Shown: positions 9,519 to 20,267 of the stretch, in pieces
Position numbering within the stretch: position 1 is the first letter of the stretch
How the letters are laid out: each line of letters begins with the position of its first letter
Source of the DNA: an uncultured delta proteobacterium
GTDB lineage: Bacteria; Myxococcota_A; Polyangia; Fen-1088
Reading direction: 5' to 3'
DNA length: 59,653 bases
NCBI GenBank assembly: GCA_963737265.1
Contig: CAVTRY010000025.1
Span: forward strand, 1 to 59,653
Notes under the pieces: generated by a model
Told to the model about the DNA's origin: nothing
The model's database searches: none
What the model saw: the letters and a program-made list of their open reading frames with translations, nothing else
Translations under genes and position numbers: made by a program

Positions 9519-10484
9519 ATGCAAGCGATTCGGCCCAAGCAAATTGGCGGTCCCGAGCATCTTCAATTAGAGGCTTTTCCCACCCCGACGCCTGGTCCAT
9601 CCGAGGTGCTGGTGCGCGTGGCGGCTGCGGGCGTGAACTACGTCGACATCTACCACCGCACCGGGCTCTATCCGCTGCCGCTCCCGCTCGCCATCGGTCT
9701 CGAAGGCGCGGGAACGGTCGAGCAAGTAGGAAGCGCGGTGCGAGACCTCCGCGTGGGAGAGCGCGTGGCTTGGTGTGGTGTGCCCGGCTCGTATGCCAGC
9801 CACGTCGTCGCGCCGGCCGAGCGCCTGGTGCCCGTTCCCGATGCTATCGATATTCAGACAGCGGCGGCTCTGCTGCTGCAGGGCCTGACAGCGCACTATC
9901 TCAGCCGATCGACGTTTCCGCTGGCTGCGGGTCATTTCGCCCTGGTGCACGCGGCCGCCGGCGGTGTCGGTCTGCTGCTGGTCCAGCTTGCCAAGCGCGC
10001 GGGTGCGCAAGTGATCGGTACGGTTTCCACCCAAGCCAAGGCTGCCCTGGCCAAAGAAGCAGGCGCCGATCACGTGATCGACTACCAAGCCGACGACTTT
10101 GCGGCGGAAGCGAAACGATTGACAGGCGGGCGCGGCGTCGACGTCGTCTACGATTCCGTCGGGCAGGCGACCTTCGACAGGAGCTTGATCGCCCTGGCGC
10201 CGCGCGGTTACCTCGTGCTCTACGGGCAAGCAAGCGGAGTCGTGCCGCCGTTCGAGCTTGCCCGCTTGTCCAAGGGGTCGAACTTCATCACCCGGCCGAC
10301 GCTGCAACACTACACCGCCACGCGCGTCGAGCTGTTTTCTCGTTCGACCGAGATGTTCGACTTGGTCGCAACCGGTGCCTTGCGCGTGCGCATCGATCGC
10401 ACGCTTCCACTGGCGCAAGCCGCGGACGCCCATCGCGCGCTCGCCGGGCGCGCGACCACCGGCAAGGTGTTGCTGATTCCATAG
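9519..10484 (+). CDS. qor: NADPH:quinone oxidoreductase (zeta-crystallin/MDR family)
   Basis: GVNYVDIYHRTGLY, VHAAAGGVG, TTGKVLL; AGGAGG RBS. Confidence 0.95.
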   Translation: MQAIRPKQIGGPEHLQLEAFPTPTPGPSEVLVRVAAAGVNYVDIYHRTGLYPLPLPLAIGLEGAGTVEQVGSAVRDLRVGERVAWCGVPGSYASHVVAPAERLVPVPDAIDIQTAAALLLQGLTAHYLSRSTFPLAAGHFALVHAAAGGVGLLLVQLAKRAGAQVIGTVSTQAKAALAKEAGADHVIDYQADDFAAEAKRLTGGRGVDVVYDSVGQATFDRSLIALAPRGYLVLYGQASGVVPPFELARLSKGSNFITRPTLQHYTATRVELFSRSTEMFDLVATGALRVRIDRTLPLAQAADAHRALAGRATTGKVLLIP

Positions 10485-10528
10485 CCAACAATTGGACAGT
10501 CCAGGCTTGAACGGCAACACTGTCCGAA

Positions 10529-11920
10529 ATGCGCGTCGCCTGGTATCTGGCCGCGGGGCTATTTGTCCTGTTCCTCGCCCTGTATCTGCGCGGGCTCGAC
10601 CGCCCCATGGCCAACGGCGACGAGGCCATCTACGCCGAGCTCGGGCGTTCGATGGTGGAAAGCGGCGATTGGCTGACCCCGCGCTGGCAGGACAAGCCGG
10701 TGTGGAATCGTCCGCCAGGCAGCGTGTGGCCCATCGCCATTGCGATGAAGCTCGTGGGACCGCACGCCTGGGTGGTGCGCCTCGCGGGCGCGATCGAGGC
10801 CGCCGTCGTAGTGGTCCTTGTCTTCTTTCTCGGTCGCCGCCGCCGCGACCTGCGCTACGGGTTGCTGGCCGCCGTGCTGTTCGGGTCGTCGACGCTGGTG
10901 CTGCTCTACGCACGATCCATGGTGGCGGAATGGGTCTTGCTCATCGGGCTGCTCGGCGCGCTGCTGTGCTGGGAAAGGGGCCGCGACGATCCACGCTGGC
11001 TCCTCGGCTGGGGGACTCTTCTCGGATTCTGCTTGCTCGCCAAGCAGGTGGTGGGCGCGGTTCCTCTCGTTGCTTGCCTGGCCGATCTGGCCGCGCGACG
11101 GCGAATCGCATGGCGTTGGCTCGGCTCGGGTTGCCTGGTCGCGGCCGTGCTTTGGGGCGGCTGGCTCGCCGTCGAGACCCGGCGTTTCGGGCCGACGTTC
11201 CTGCACCAGCATCTTGTGGTGAACGTACTCGAGCGCGGCCAGGTCGCCATGCTGGAGCGGACCGGCCCAACGTACTATTTGCAAATGTTATGGGTTCTCG
11301 AAGGGCCGCTGGTGCTGCTGTCCCTGCTGGGCCTGCTGCTCGCCCTTTGGCGCCGCGATTTCTTGCCGGCGCTGTGGGGCCTCGGCACCCTGCTGCTGTT
11401 TTCGCTGTCCGCCACACGCTTCAATTACTACGCGCTGCTGGCGTATCCCGCACTGGCCTTGGCCGCGGCGTCTTTGCTCGCCGAGGCCAAGCGCGGGTGG
11501 CTTTCCGCCCCGGTCGTGCTGGCCTGGGCGGTCGTACACTTGGCAATGCCGGGCGGTTCTCGCCCGCTTCGGGTCGAGGACATCGAGCTGGGCGAATTGG
11601 CGGAAATCATGGGGCGGGTCAGTCTTCCCGACGATCCGTTAATTGCGCTCGGGCTGAATCCCTATTCCGCGCGCTTTTACTCGCATCGCAAGACCACCCA
11701 GTTGGTCAGCCGGGACAAAGGCCCACTCTCGGTCGGCGTGCTGGAATCGGACCGCGTGCAGGCATCCGACGTCGCCGGCTACCTTGCCCAGCTTCCGCGT
11801 TGGTTCGCCATCGTCAAAGTCGAGGACGCGCCCCGCCTGGCCGGGCTTTCGCAGGTGTTCGTGGTGGCCAGCTCGGGCCGCTATCTGTTGACCACCAACA
11901 CCTCGGCGCCGGTTCGATGA
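10529..11920 (+). CDS. ArnT/GT39-like (GT-C fold) membrane glycosyltransferase
   Basis: DEAIYAELGRSMVESGDWLTP..NRPP N-terminal motif, multiple TM helices. Confidence 0.88.
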   Translation: MRVAWYLAAGLFVLFLALYLRGLDRPMANGDEAIYAELGRSMVESGDWLTPRWQDKPVWNRPPGSVWPIAIAMKLVGPHAWVVRLAGAIEAAVVVVLVFFLGRRRRDLRYGLLAAVLFGSSTLVLLYARSMVAEWVLLIGLLGALLCWERGRDDPRWLLGWGTLLGFCLLAKQVVGAVPLVACLADLAARRRIAWRWLGSGCLVAAVLWGGWLAVETRRFGPTFLHQHLVVNVLERGQVAMLERTGPTYYLQMLWVLEGPLVLLSLLGLLLALWRRDFLPALWGLGTLLLFSLSATRFNYYALLAYPALALAAASLLAEAKRGWLSAPVVLAWAVVHLAMPGGSRPLRVEDIELGELAEIMGRVSLPDDPLIALGLNPYSARFYSHRKTTQLVSRDKGPLSVGVLESDRVQASDVAGYLAQLPRWFAIVKVEDAPRLAGLSQVFVVASSGRYLLTTNTSAPVR

Positions 11921-12365
11921 GACGTGGCGAGCGGGGCACGCCCGCATCCTCGACCGCGCACGCCTGGGCGCGCAGCAGCTACACATCCAAGCGCCCGACT
12001 GTCACCCCCGCCAGCTTGAGCTGATTCGGCTGCTGCGCCTGCGCGCCCTGTGGAATCGGGCGTCGTTGCGCGTACTGGGAAAGTCTGCGGGGAGCGCCAG
12101 ACATCGCGACGACTTCCGGCACCACGATAAAACTGCCGAAGGCCCAAGTCTTTTCACCCGAAGGGCTCAAGCGGCTGGCCGAGCGCCTATCGCGCAGGGC
12201 GTTTCCTCGGTATGGTGCCGCGTTTCCCGCTCTCGACTCGAAGTGCCTGCCGCTTTCCAACAACGCAGGTTTGCACGGTTACCTGGCGGCGATAGCTGAC
12301 GACCCTTTGTTACGAACTAGGATCGGTGGTTGCGGTCGCGCAGTTGGGGGACATCGACATGATCG

Positions 12366-13982
12366 CTACGGCCGGCGCTTCCGGCAGAGCATGCGACCGC
12401 GCCGGCGCACCGCGAGCACGGCGACAGACAGCACAAGACCAAACCAAGATCCCGCGCGCCGGGCGGGATCGGCCAAGCGGCAGCCACAATTGGAGTGTCT
12501 CGACTTGCCGGTGGCTTCCAAGCTGCCTCGGCTGGCATCGCCGCCATCTGGAGTAGGCGGATCGGTGAGAACGTCGCCGAAGACGAGGCTGGTGATACTG
12601 CGCGCGGGTAGGGTGATCGCCGCCGATGCCATGGGCCCGACAGCGGCGCAGTCTTCGGTCGCCGAGGTGCGATAGGCCTGAAACTGGCTGGGCAGGTTGG
12701 CGCCCGTGAGAGTAACCCTTTTGCTCGCCTGGCCGCCGTTAATGGCGATGATGGTGAGCGTGTTCGCGGCGCTGTGGTCGAAGGCGGCAACTAGCACCTC
12801 GCTGTCGTCGCTCGACGCCTGCACCATCTGTGCGCCGGGACGGATGGTGCGATAGTAGTTCTTCGAGACGTAGTATTTCTTCCCGCGCTTGGCGACGCCG
12901 CTCATGAGGGCGAACTCGCTCGGCGCCGCGGCGCCAAGCTCGCTGCCTTGCCACCACACCCAGGCCGAGGCGTGGCCGTGGTAAAGGGCGGCATAAATGC
13001 TCTCGGCCAGGTCGAGCGCGCCCGGAAGGTTTTCTCCCTTGGCATTGGGACCGGCCTCGATGGTGTCGACGTAGCCGGATGTTTCGCTCATCCAGATCGG
13101 CCGGCGCGTGCTTCGCGTGCCAGCGTAGAAGCTGGCCCAAAGCTTGGACATTTGCGACGTGGGCGTGGCGAGCACGCCGTCGGAATAGCCGTGGACGGCA
13201 AAGATTCCCAGCTGGTTAAGCGCAGCCGTTCGGCTGATGACGCTAGCCGTGTACCAGTAGGGGTCGAAACCATCCTTGCCACCGCATTCGATGCCGAGCA
13301 TGTTCTCCGAGCCGAAGAGCTTCACCTTGGGAAAGGCGGCGTGGATGACGGGTCCAATCGCCGCCAACGTGTCGGCGTATTCTTGCCGCGTATACACGCA
13401 CGAGTTGTAGGGCTCGACGAAGAGCGGTTCGTTCTGGAAGCTAAGCGCGTACACGTCGACGCCAATGTCCGCGTACTGCTTTAGTCCCGCCACCAACCAG
13501 GCGGCATAGGCGGCGCGCTTCGACGGGCAAAGTCCGCCGCCCTTCTTGGTTCCGCCGGGGTGAGGCGTGCCGTCCCGCACGCCGCCCTTTTCCACGACGC
13601 ATTTCATGCTCGCCGGAGGCGAATACACGCTCAGGATGACCTTCAACGGCACGCCGCTCGCGCGGGCCTTGTCCGACAGGGCTTGCACTACCGGGCGCAT
13701 CTTGTTCCAGTCCGTGTCTTGCGCCGCGATGGCGTCCGCGGGCGGAAACAGTTCGTTGCGCCAGATGGTGATTCCCAGATCGTCGACCACCGCATCGAAC
13801 CAGGCCGAATTGACCTGATCCTGGGGCTTGTGCCACCAAACATCGTGGGCGCCGAAGAAGCCGAAGCCGTCGATGGTTTGCCATCGCTGCGTCCGATCGA
13901 TGGTGACCTGCGCCGCCCGCGCATTGGTCGCGGCGAACAGCAGGGCGAACGTCGCCGGAGCGAGTGGAGTTGGCAAGCGCAC
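12366..13982 (-). CDS. GH30 glycoside hydrolase (glucuronoxylanase-like) with MYXO-CTERM-like tail
   Basis: QTIDGFG, acid/base QNEP, nucleophile WMSETS; C-terminal GCRLAD..TM..RRR; GGAGG before GTG 13982. Confidence 0.88.
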   Translation of the reverse strand: MRLPTPLAPATFALLFAATNARAAQVTIDRTQRWQTIDGFGFFGAHDVWWHKPQDQVNSAWFDAVVDDLGITIWRNELFPPADAIAAQDTDWNKMRPVVQALSDKARASGVPLKVILSVYSPPASMKCVVEKGGVRDGTPHPGGTKKGGGLCPSKRAAYAAWLVAGLKQYADIGVDVYALSFQNEPLFVEPYNSCVYTRQEYADTLAAIGPVIHAAFPKVKLFGSENMLGIECGGKDGFDPYWYTASVISRTAALNQLGIFAVHGYSDGVLATPTSQMSKLWASFYAGTRSTRRPIWMSETSGYVDTIEAGPNAKGENLPGALDLAESIYAALYHGHASAWVWWQGSELGAAAPSEFALMSGVAKRGKKYYVSKNYYRTIRPGAQMVQASSDDSEVLVAAFDHSAANTLTIIAINGGQASKRVTLTGANLPSQFQAYRTSATEDCAAVGPMASAAITLPARSITSLVFGDVLTDPPTPDGGDASRGSLEATGKSRHSNCGCRLADPARRAGSWFGLVLSVAVLAVRRRGRMLCRKRRP

Positions 13983-14022
13983 GGAGACCTCCTTCCTTGG
14001 CAATGGGCGATTTATGACGAAC

Positions 14023-14853
14023 CTACTTGTCCGTCAACAACCGCACGAGGGCCGAAAAGTCGTCGTCGCCCATGCCCTGCGCTTCGGCGCGCGCCAGACA
14101 TGCGCGCACCGTCTTGAGCAGCGGAAGCTCGCCGCGGCCAGCGCCGTCCGCCAGGCGCATATCCTTGTGCATGTGCTTGACGGAAAACTGCGGCGAAAAG
14201 TCTCGCGCCTTGAGCTTGGCTTCCTTCAAGCGCGAAAGCCCCGAGTAGGACACGTTCTTGGCCAGCACTTGAAAGTAGAAATCGTCGGCGATGCCGGCCT
14301 GGCGGGCGAGGGTGAGACTTTCCGCCAAGGCCTGCATCTGCCCGGCGATGTTGAGGTTCATGGCTAGCTTGAGCGCCGCCGCTTGGGCGACGGTCGGCAG
14401 GCGGAAGCGAGTCTCGGATACTTCGGCCAAGAGCGGCTCGACCGCGTCCAGCGCCGCCGCGTCGCCGCCCATGAAGAACACCACCGCGCCGGCTTCGGCC
14501 GCCGGCTTGCTGCCGGTGAAAGGCGACTCCACGTAGGTCGCCCCGGTCGCGCGAACCTGGGCGGCGAAGGCAGTCGCGCTTGCCGGATCGATAGTGCTCG
14601 ACTGAACCACGGCCTTGCCCTGGCCGAGCGCGGGCAGGATGGTATCGAGCAAACCCGCCACCGCGGGCGGATCGGCGACGACGATATGGGTGACGTCGGC
14701 GGCGGCCGCCACTTCGAGCGCGCTCTTTTTCCACTGCGGGCAGTACGGCTTGGGCGTGCGATTCCACGTCCCGGCCAACCGGCCCGCGGCTTGATAGCGG
14801 TTGGCCCAGATCTCGCCGATGATGCCGAGTCCGAGAACTCCGATGGATTGCAT
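14023..14853 (-). CDS. NAD(P)-dependent oxidoreductase, 3-hydroxyisobutyrate dehydrogenase family
   Basis: GLGIIG, WNRT, ESPFTGS, LKLAMN, KDMRLA. Confidence 0.92.
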   Translation of the reverse strand: MQSIGVLGLGIIGEIWANRYQAAGRLAGTWNRTPKPYCPQWKKSALEVAAAADVTHIVVADPPAVAGLLDTILPALGQGKAVVQSSTIDPASATAFAAQVRATGATYVESPFTGSKPAAEAGAVVFFMGGDAAALDAVEPLLAEVSETRFRLPTVAQAAALKLAMNLNIAGQMQALAESLTLARQAGIADDFYFQVLAKNVSYSGLSRLKEAKLKARDFSPQFSVKHMHKDMRLADGAGRGELPLLKTVRACLARAEAQGMGDDDFSALVRLLTDK

Positions 14854-14876
14854 GCGCGTATTCTACGCGACTCGCG

Positions 14877-16634
14877 CTAGTTGCTGGTAGTGGCGGTCCA
14901 CTTCTGCTTGCGCAGGTCGTTGCGGGCGTTGACCGGCGGGTCGAAGTTCGATTCGTAGAAGGTCGGCGGCTCGAAGGTCTTGCCCGAATCGATGCGTTTC
15001 TGCTCGCGGCGCAAGGCACGCAAGACGACGCGGCCGAGGATAGGCGTCACCAGGCGCGAGAAAATGCCGAACTCGGCGTGGATCTCGTGCAAGACCGCGT
15101 CGAGCTTGGCGACCAGGGGTTTGTTGGCGGCGAACCAACGCTTGGCCGCCCACAGTGCGCCGGCGTAGGCCGTGCCGAAGCCCTGTACTTCCCACTTGAA
15201 GCGCCGGCGCACGCGCTTGTCGGGGTGATTCTTGTGCTTCTTGTAGCCGCGCAGCGCGGTCCGCACCATGCGCAGAACGCTCGGGCCGTTGGCGCGGAAG
15301 TCCTCATTAAACGCGCGCAGCAGAAGGTCGGTTTCTTTTCCCGCCGGGATGCCGGGGTGGCGGTAATTGAACTTGTGCTGGCCGTGCATGTCGGCCTCGG
15401 GCATCTCGTCCGCGTCCAGCATCACGCCCTTGTCGGTCATCTCGCGCCACAGGGGCGTGCCCGCCATCGGCATGTACAGCATGAATTGGTGAAAATCGGT
15501 CTCGTGGCTGACCGCGTGGGCGATGGCGTCGTCGATGTTTTCGGGCGTGTGCGCCTCGAGGCCGATGATGGTCGACCCGAGCACGCGCGTGCCCTGTTCT
15601 TGCAGCTCGCGCACCAGTTTGTGCGTGTCCACGCCCGCGGTCTTGTTGTATTGGCTGTTCTTGCCCTCAAGGCCGATCCACAGCCACGACAGTCCCAGCT
15701 CGACCAACTCATCCGCCGTGTATTGACGAAGGGCATTGGCCGAGCTGAACACGTAAAGAGCCCAGGCCTTGTCGTGCTCGCGCATGAGCTCGAGCAGGCG
15801 CAGCGCGCGCGAACGATGGAGCAGAAAGTTTTCGTCCATGACGAAGAAGGCCTGCACGCCCATTTCCTTTTCCATCGTGTTCATGATGCTGAACAGCTCG
15901 TCGCCCGATTCCCAGAAGCTGACCGAGTTGCCCTTGCCGCCGAACAGCGCGGACGTGCAACAGAAGTTGCAGCCCATGGGACAGCCGACCGACGGAATCA
16001 AGGCGGCCGAGCCGAACTTCTTGCCGTTGGGGAAATCGAAGCCCATGACTCGCCCGCCGATTCCCGAGTGAACCAGCGGATGCTTCATCGGGCGGTTCTC
16101 GTCCTCGCCGAGGAAACGGCGGAACCAGCGCACGCCGTCGCCGCGCACGATGTGGTCCGCGTCGATGCGTTCGCCGAGGTCGGGAATGCCAGCCACGTGA
16201 CCGCCCACCACAAGCGTCGCCTGCGGCTGGTATTGGCGCACGAGCGCGCACATTTTCTGAATCTTGCCCGAATTGGCCACGATGCCGGACAGGCCGATGA
16301 TATCGTAGGAGTTCTCCTTCAGCTCGGCGATGAAGCGGTCCAGCGTGGGGAAGTCCAGGCAGGTGCAGGGCGCTTCCATGTTTGCCTGCATCAGCATCAG
16401 GCCCCAGCTGCGGTGAAACATGCGCACGGAAAACGGACCCTGCACGCGCGTGACCTGGTTGTGCCACAGCTCCATCGGGTTGATCTTACGGCTGCCGTAC
16501 TCGTCGTCTTGTGCGTAGGGGCCGAACACGCTGGACAGGAGGACGCGCGCGCGGCTGCCGAGCGGGTGGCGCACGATGGGCTCGCCGGACGGGCTCGGAT
16601 CCGCGGAAATAATCACATCGAGACGTGCAGTCAT
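14877..16634 (-). CDS. Cobalamin-binding radical SAM protein
   Basis: B12-binding region (VVGGH) followed by GCPMGCNFC CxxxCxxC and MDENF. Confidence 0.9.
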   Translation of the reverse strand: MTARLDVIISADPSPSGEPIVRHPLGSRARVLLSSVFGPYAQDDEYGSRKINPMELWHNQVTRVQGPFSVRMFHRSWGLMLMQANMEAPCTCLDFPTLDRFIAELKENSYDIIGLSGIVANSGKIQKMCALVRQYQPQATLVVGGHVAGIPDLGERIDADHIVRGDGVRWFRRFLGEDENRPMKHPLVHSGIGGRVMGFDFPNGKKFGSAALIPSVGCPMGCNFCCTSALFGGKGNSVSFWESGDELFSIMNTMEKEMGVQAFFVMDENFLLHRSRALRLLELMREHDKAWALYVFSSANALRQYTADELVELGLSWLWIGLEGKNSQYNKTAGVDTHKLVRELQEQGTRVLGSTIIGLEAHTPENIDDAIAHAVSHETDFHQFMLYMPMAGTPLWREMTDKGVMLDADEMPEADMHGQHKFNYRHPGIPAGKETDLLLRAFNEDFRANGPSVLRMVRTALRGYKKHKNHPDKRVRRRFKWEVQGFGTAYAGALWAAKRWFAANKPLVAKLDAVLHEIHAEFGIFSRLVTPILGRVVLRALRREQKRIDSGKTFEPPTFYESNFDPPVNARNDLRKQKWTATTSN

Positions 16635-16875
16635 GAACTTCTTGACCTTCCTTGTGGCGCTCGGGAATCGTGCTTCTTTGGCAATGCGTCGGGAAGAGAA
16701 GGCGAGAAAAACGACAGCGACTCGTGAGCGCGCAAGGGCAAGGCGAGGGGGCTGACCTAGTTCAAATCCGTCTCTGGACCGGGATTGTAGCGGTCGGGGG
16801 CCCGAACGACAAGAACGACCTGGCCGCTCGGACGACTTGCCGCGGCGGCGGCGCAGCACAGGCCGGGACGGGCTG

Positions 16876-17994
16876 CTAGGACATTTCCGGCTCCCTGCGA
16901 TTCTGCTCGGTTTTGAGCCGCAGCTGCCCGCAGGCGGCGTCGATGTCGTGTCCTTTCTCGCGGCGGAGGGTGAACGAGACGGCGCGCTTGGCGAGCACCG
17001 CCGCGAATTGTTCCTGGCGGGCGTCGCTGGGACGGCGCCAGGCCAGGCCTTCCACCCTATTATAGGGAATCAGGTTCACGTGCGCGTGCAACTCCTCGAC
17101 GATGGCCGTCAGCTTTTTCGCCTGGTCGAGCGAATCGTTGAGGTTCTCGATCAAGATGTATTCCAGGGTCAGCATGCGGCCGTGCGTGTCGGCGAAGAAC
17201 TTCGCGGCGGGCAGCAATTCGGCGAGCGGCCAGCGCTTGTTGACCGGCATAATCTGTCCGCGCACCTCGTCGGTGGCGCCGTGCAGACTGATGGCCAAGC
17301 GAAAGCCGAGCTTCTCCTCGGCCAGGCGGCGAATCTGCGGCACCAGCCCACTGGTCGAGATGGTCACGCGGCGGGCGCCGAAGCCGAGCCCCCAGTCCGC
17401 ATTGAGGATGGTGAGGGCGCGCAGGAGATTGTCGTAGTTGTGGAGCGGCTCGCCCATGCCCATGACCACGATGTTGTCGAACGAAGCCAATTCTTTGCGG
17501 GCGCGCGCATCGCCTGCGTCCTCGCGGTAGCAGACTTGTAATAGCTGGGCGACGATTTCCCCGGCGGTGAGATTTCGTTTGAAGCCATCCAGGCCCGAGG
17601 CGCAGAATGTGCACCCCATGGCACAACCCACTTGGGTCGAAATACAGATCGTCTTGCGCGAATGTTCGATGCCAACGCCATCTTGCGGAACACGGATGAT
17701 GACCGTCTCAATCAGAGACCGGTCCTCTAGCACGAGCAGCAGCTTGTCGGTCACATCCGCAGACGCGTGCGATGACAGGAAGGTCGCCGGCAAAAGCTCG
17801 AAGGTATCGGCCAGCCATTCTCGCAGCGGCTTGCCGATGTTGGTCATCTGATCCCAGGCCCGCACGCGCTTCTTGTACAGCCAGTCGAGAATCTGGCGCG
17901 CGCGAAACGCCGGCTCGCCCCGCTGGTGAAGCCGAGACACCAACGATTCGAGCGTTTCGCCGGTGAGCGGAGATTTGGTCGCGAGAGGCGGCAT
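16876..17994 (-). CDS. rlmN: Dual-specificity RNA methyltransferase RlmN
   Basis: CISTQVGCAMGCTFCASG, MGMGEP, DIDAACGQL. Confidence 0.96.
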   Translation of the reverse strand: MPPLATKSPLTGETLESLVSRLHQRGEPAFRARQILDWLYKKRVRAWDQMTNIGKPLREWLADTFELLPATFLSSHASADVTDKLLLVLEDRSLIETVIIRVPQDGVGIEHSRKTICISTQVGCAMGCTFCASGLDGFKRNLTAGEIVAQLLQVCYREDAGDARARKELASFDNIVVMGMGEPLHNYDNLLRALTILNADWGLGFGARRVTISTSGLVPQIRRLAEEKLGFRLAISLHGATDEVRGQIMPVNKRWPLAELLPAAKFFADTHGRMLTLEYILIENLNDSLDQAKKLTAIVEELHAHVNLIPYNRVEGLAWRRPSDARQEQFAAVLAKRAVSFTLRREKGHDIDAACGQLRLKTEQNRREPEMS

Positions 17995-18091
17995 GGGAGT
18001 GTTTTGCGCGCCCGCGCACCCGGGCGCAAGGCCAGATCCGATTCGGAAAGACAGTCGAAAGAAGTGTTCCGCAAATCAAAAGTCAGACCGG

Positions 18092-18415
18092 TCAATAGGC
18101 GTTCCGGTTTTTCTTGGCGCCGAAGACCGTGAGGAAGACGACTTCAAGTTCGAGCAGCAGATTCCAATTCCGGATGTACTCCATGTCATGCCGGACGCGC
18201 TCTTCCATCTTTTCCAATTCGGCAGTCTCTCCGCGCCATCCGTTGACTTGCGCCCAGCCGGTGATCCCAGGCTTCACCGTTTGGCGAAGCATGTAACCGT
18301 GGATGAGCGCCCGGTATTTCTCGGCGTGTGCGACGGCATGGGGCCGTGGGCCCACGAGAGAGAGCTCGCCGGTTATTACCTGGAGAAACTGTGGAAACTC
18401 GTCGAGCGACGTTCT
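18092..18415 (-). pseudogene. wcaJ: 3' fragment of WcaJ-type undecaprenyl-phosphate sugar phosphotransferase
   Basis: RTSLDEFPQF..LSLVGPRPHA..KPGITGWAQVNG..D..YI.NW; homology stops abruptly at 18415 and the N-terminal part is missing. Confidence 0.85.
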
Positions 18416-18573
18416 GCAGCTTTCGAGCCACGATGGGAAGCAAACAACTTCAGAGACTTGCAGCACCGGAACGAGCGCGGGGCTGGCTTCTTCGACCAAG
18501 ATGAGGTACCCCTGCCGTCAATTTGGAGGATAGACCGCCGTTCCGTGCATCCGCGTCGTCGTTCACGGCGCGG

Positions 18574-18720
18574 GCTCACGAACGCTGGTTGTTCGGCCTC
18601 GAAATGGCAGACGACCTGGCCCTGCGTGTCTATCGTCCAACCGCTCGTTTTTCGCCCGAGGAGCGCTTCGAGCTGGATGTACGCGCGCAGATTGCGACCG
18701 CAGCGGCCGGGTCGGATCGT
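18574..18720 (+). pseudogene. Degenerate four-helix-bundle (23S rRNA IVP/S23-like) gene remnant
   Basis: ADDLALRVYRPTARFSPEERFEL resembles the family N-terminus, then the similarity is lost. Confidence 0.55.
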
Positions 18721-18821
18721 ATTCGGTCAGATGGCGGTGGACGACGACGAAGAGATCATGGGTTCGCCGCCAGTCGGGCGGATTTGCATGTTACGCTGGC
18801 TGCCCGCAGGTTGAGATCTCC

Positions 18822-20147
18822 ATGTACACGTTCATCGACAAGGTAACCGCGCACTCCGCCGTCGTCGGTGTCATTGGCCAGGGCTACGTCGGCTTGCCCT
18901 TGGCCCTCGTTTTCGCCGAGGCCGGCTTTCGCACCATCGGTTTCGACATCGACGGGAAGAAGGTGGAGATTCTGCGGCTGGGGCAGTCGTACATCCAGCA
19001 CGTGGGCTCGGAGCGAGTCGCCAACGCGACGGCGACGGGCAAGTTTTCGGCGACGACCGACTTCGATCGGCTCGCCGACTGCGACGCCATCCTGATTTGC
19101 GTGCCGACGCCGCTTGGCAAGCATCGCGAACCGGACAATTCATACATTCATCGCACGGCCGAGGAGATCGCGCGCCGCCTTCGCGTCGGCCAGTTGATCG
19201 TTCTCGAATCCACGACGTACCCGGGAACCACCGACGAGGAAGTCCTGCCCATCCTTCGCACGAGCGGCCTCGAGACGCCGCGCGATTTTGGTCTGGCCTT
19301 TTCCCCCGAACGGGAAGATCCGGGAAATTCCCAATACTCGACCAAGTCCATCCCCAAGGTCGTGGGTGGCATCAACCCGGAATCCACGGACGCGGCAGCT
19401 GCCCTCTACCAGGCTGCGTTGGACAAGGTCGTGCGTGTGTCGAGTGCGCGCATCGCCGAGTCCTGCAAACTGCTGGAAAACATATTTCGCTCGGTCAATA
19501 TCGCCCTCGTCAACGAGCTCAAGATCACCTTCGCGCGCATGGGGATCGACATCTGGGAGGTGATCGCGGCAGCGAGCACGAAACCCTTTGGCTTCATGCC
19601 GTTCTATCCTGGCCCCGGACTTGGTGGCCACTGCATTCCCCTCGATCCATTTTATTTGTCGTGGAAAGCGGCGGAGTACGGCGTTTGGACCCGATTCATC
19701 GAGCTCGCCGGAGAGATCAACACCCAGATGCCGAGCTACGTGATCTCGCAGCTTGCCAAGGCACTCAACGAGGAAGGCAAGGCGCTGCGCGGCTCGCGTG
19801 TGCTGGTCCTGGGACTCTCGTACAAAGCCAATATCGACGACACGCGCGAGTCGCCATCGTTCGAGCTTATCGAGCAATTGCAGAAGGCCGGTGCCGAGGT
19901 CGAGTATTGCGATCCATTCTTTCCCGAGGCACCCAAGATGCGAAAGTACGACGTCGGGATGAAGTCCGTTCCCTGTACGGCCGAGTCCTTCGCCGATTTC
20001 GATGCGCTGTTGCTCGCGACAGCGCACGACGCTTTCAAGGATCCCGCGCTCTACGCGCGAGTCAAGCTGGTCGTGGACACGCGCAATCTTCTCTCTCGGG
20101 TTGCCGGGCCAGGAGCGGCTGGGCCCCACCGGCTGGTCAGGGCATAG
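18822..20147 (+). CDS. Nucleotide-sugar (UDP-GlcNAc-type, WbpA-like) dehydrogenase
   Basis: GQGYVG, CVPTP, ESTTYPGTT, FSPEREDPG, GGHCIPLDP. Confidence 0.93.
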   Translation: MYTFIDKVTAHSAVVGVIGQGYVGLPLALVFAEAGFRTIGFDIDGKKVEILRLGQSYIQHVGSERVANATATGKFSATTDFDRLADCDAILICVPTPLGKHREPDNSYIHRTAEEIARRLRVGQLIVLESTTYPGTTDEEVLPILRTSGLETPRDFGLAFSPEREDPGNSQYSTKSIPKVVGGINPESTDAAAALYQAALDKVVRVSSARIAESCKLLENIFRSVNIALVNELKITFARMGIDIWEVIAAASTKPFGFMPFYPGPGLGGHCIPLDPFYLSWKAAEYGVWTRFIELAGEINTQMPSYVISQLAKALNEEGKALRGSRVLVLGLSYKANIDDTRESPSFELIEQLQKAGAEVEYCDPFFPEAPKMRKYDVGMKSVPCTAESFADFDALLLATAHDAFKDPALYARVKLVVDTRNLLSRVAGPGAAGPHRLVRA

Positions 20148-20267
20148 TCCGCCCTCCGGCGCTCGCTTGCGCCAGATGTCGGACAGCGCCGAGAGAAACT
20201 CGCGGCCGAGGTGCGACCAGGAAGGATTGTAGTTTCCCCTCGCGAAACCAAGGAGTGTTACTCAAAC

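Noticed and set aside
11921-12365. Short ORFs in the gap between GT39 and GH30
   Set aside because: No recognisable motif, RBS or structure.
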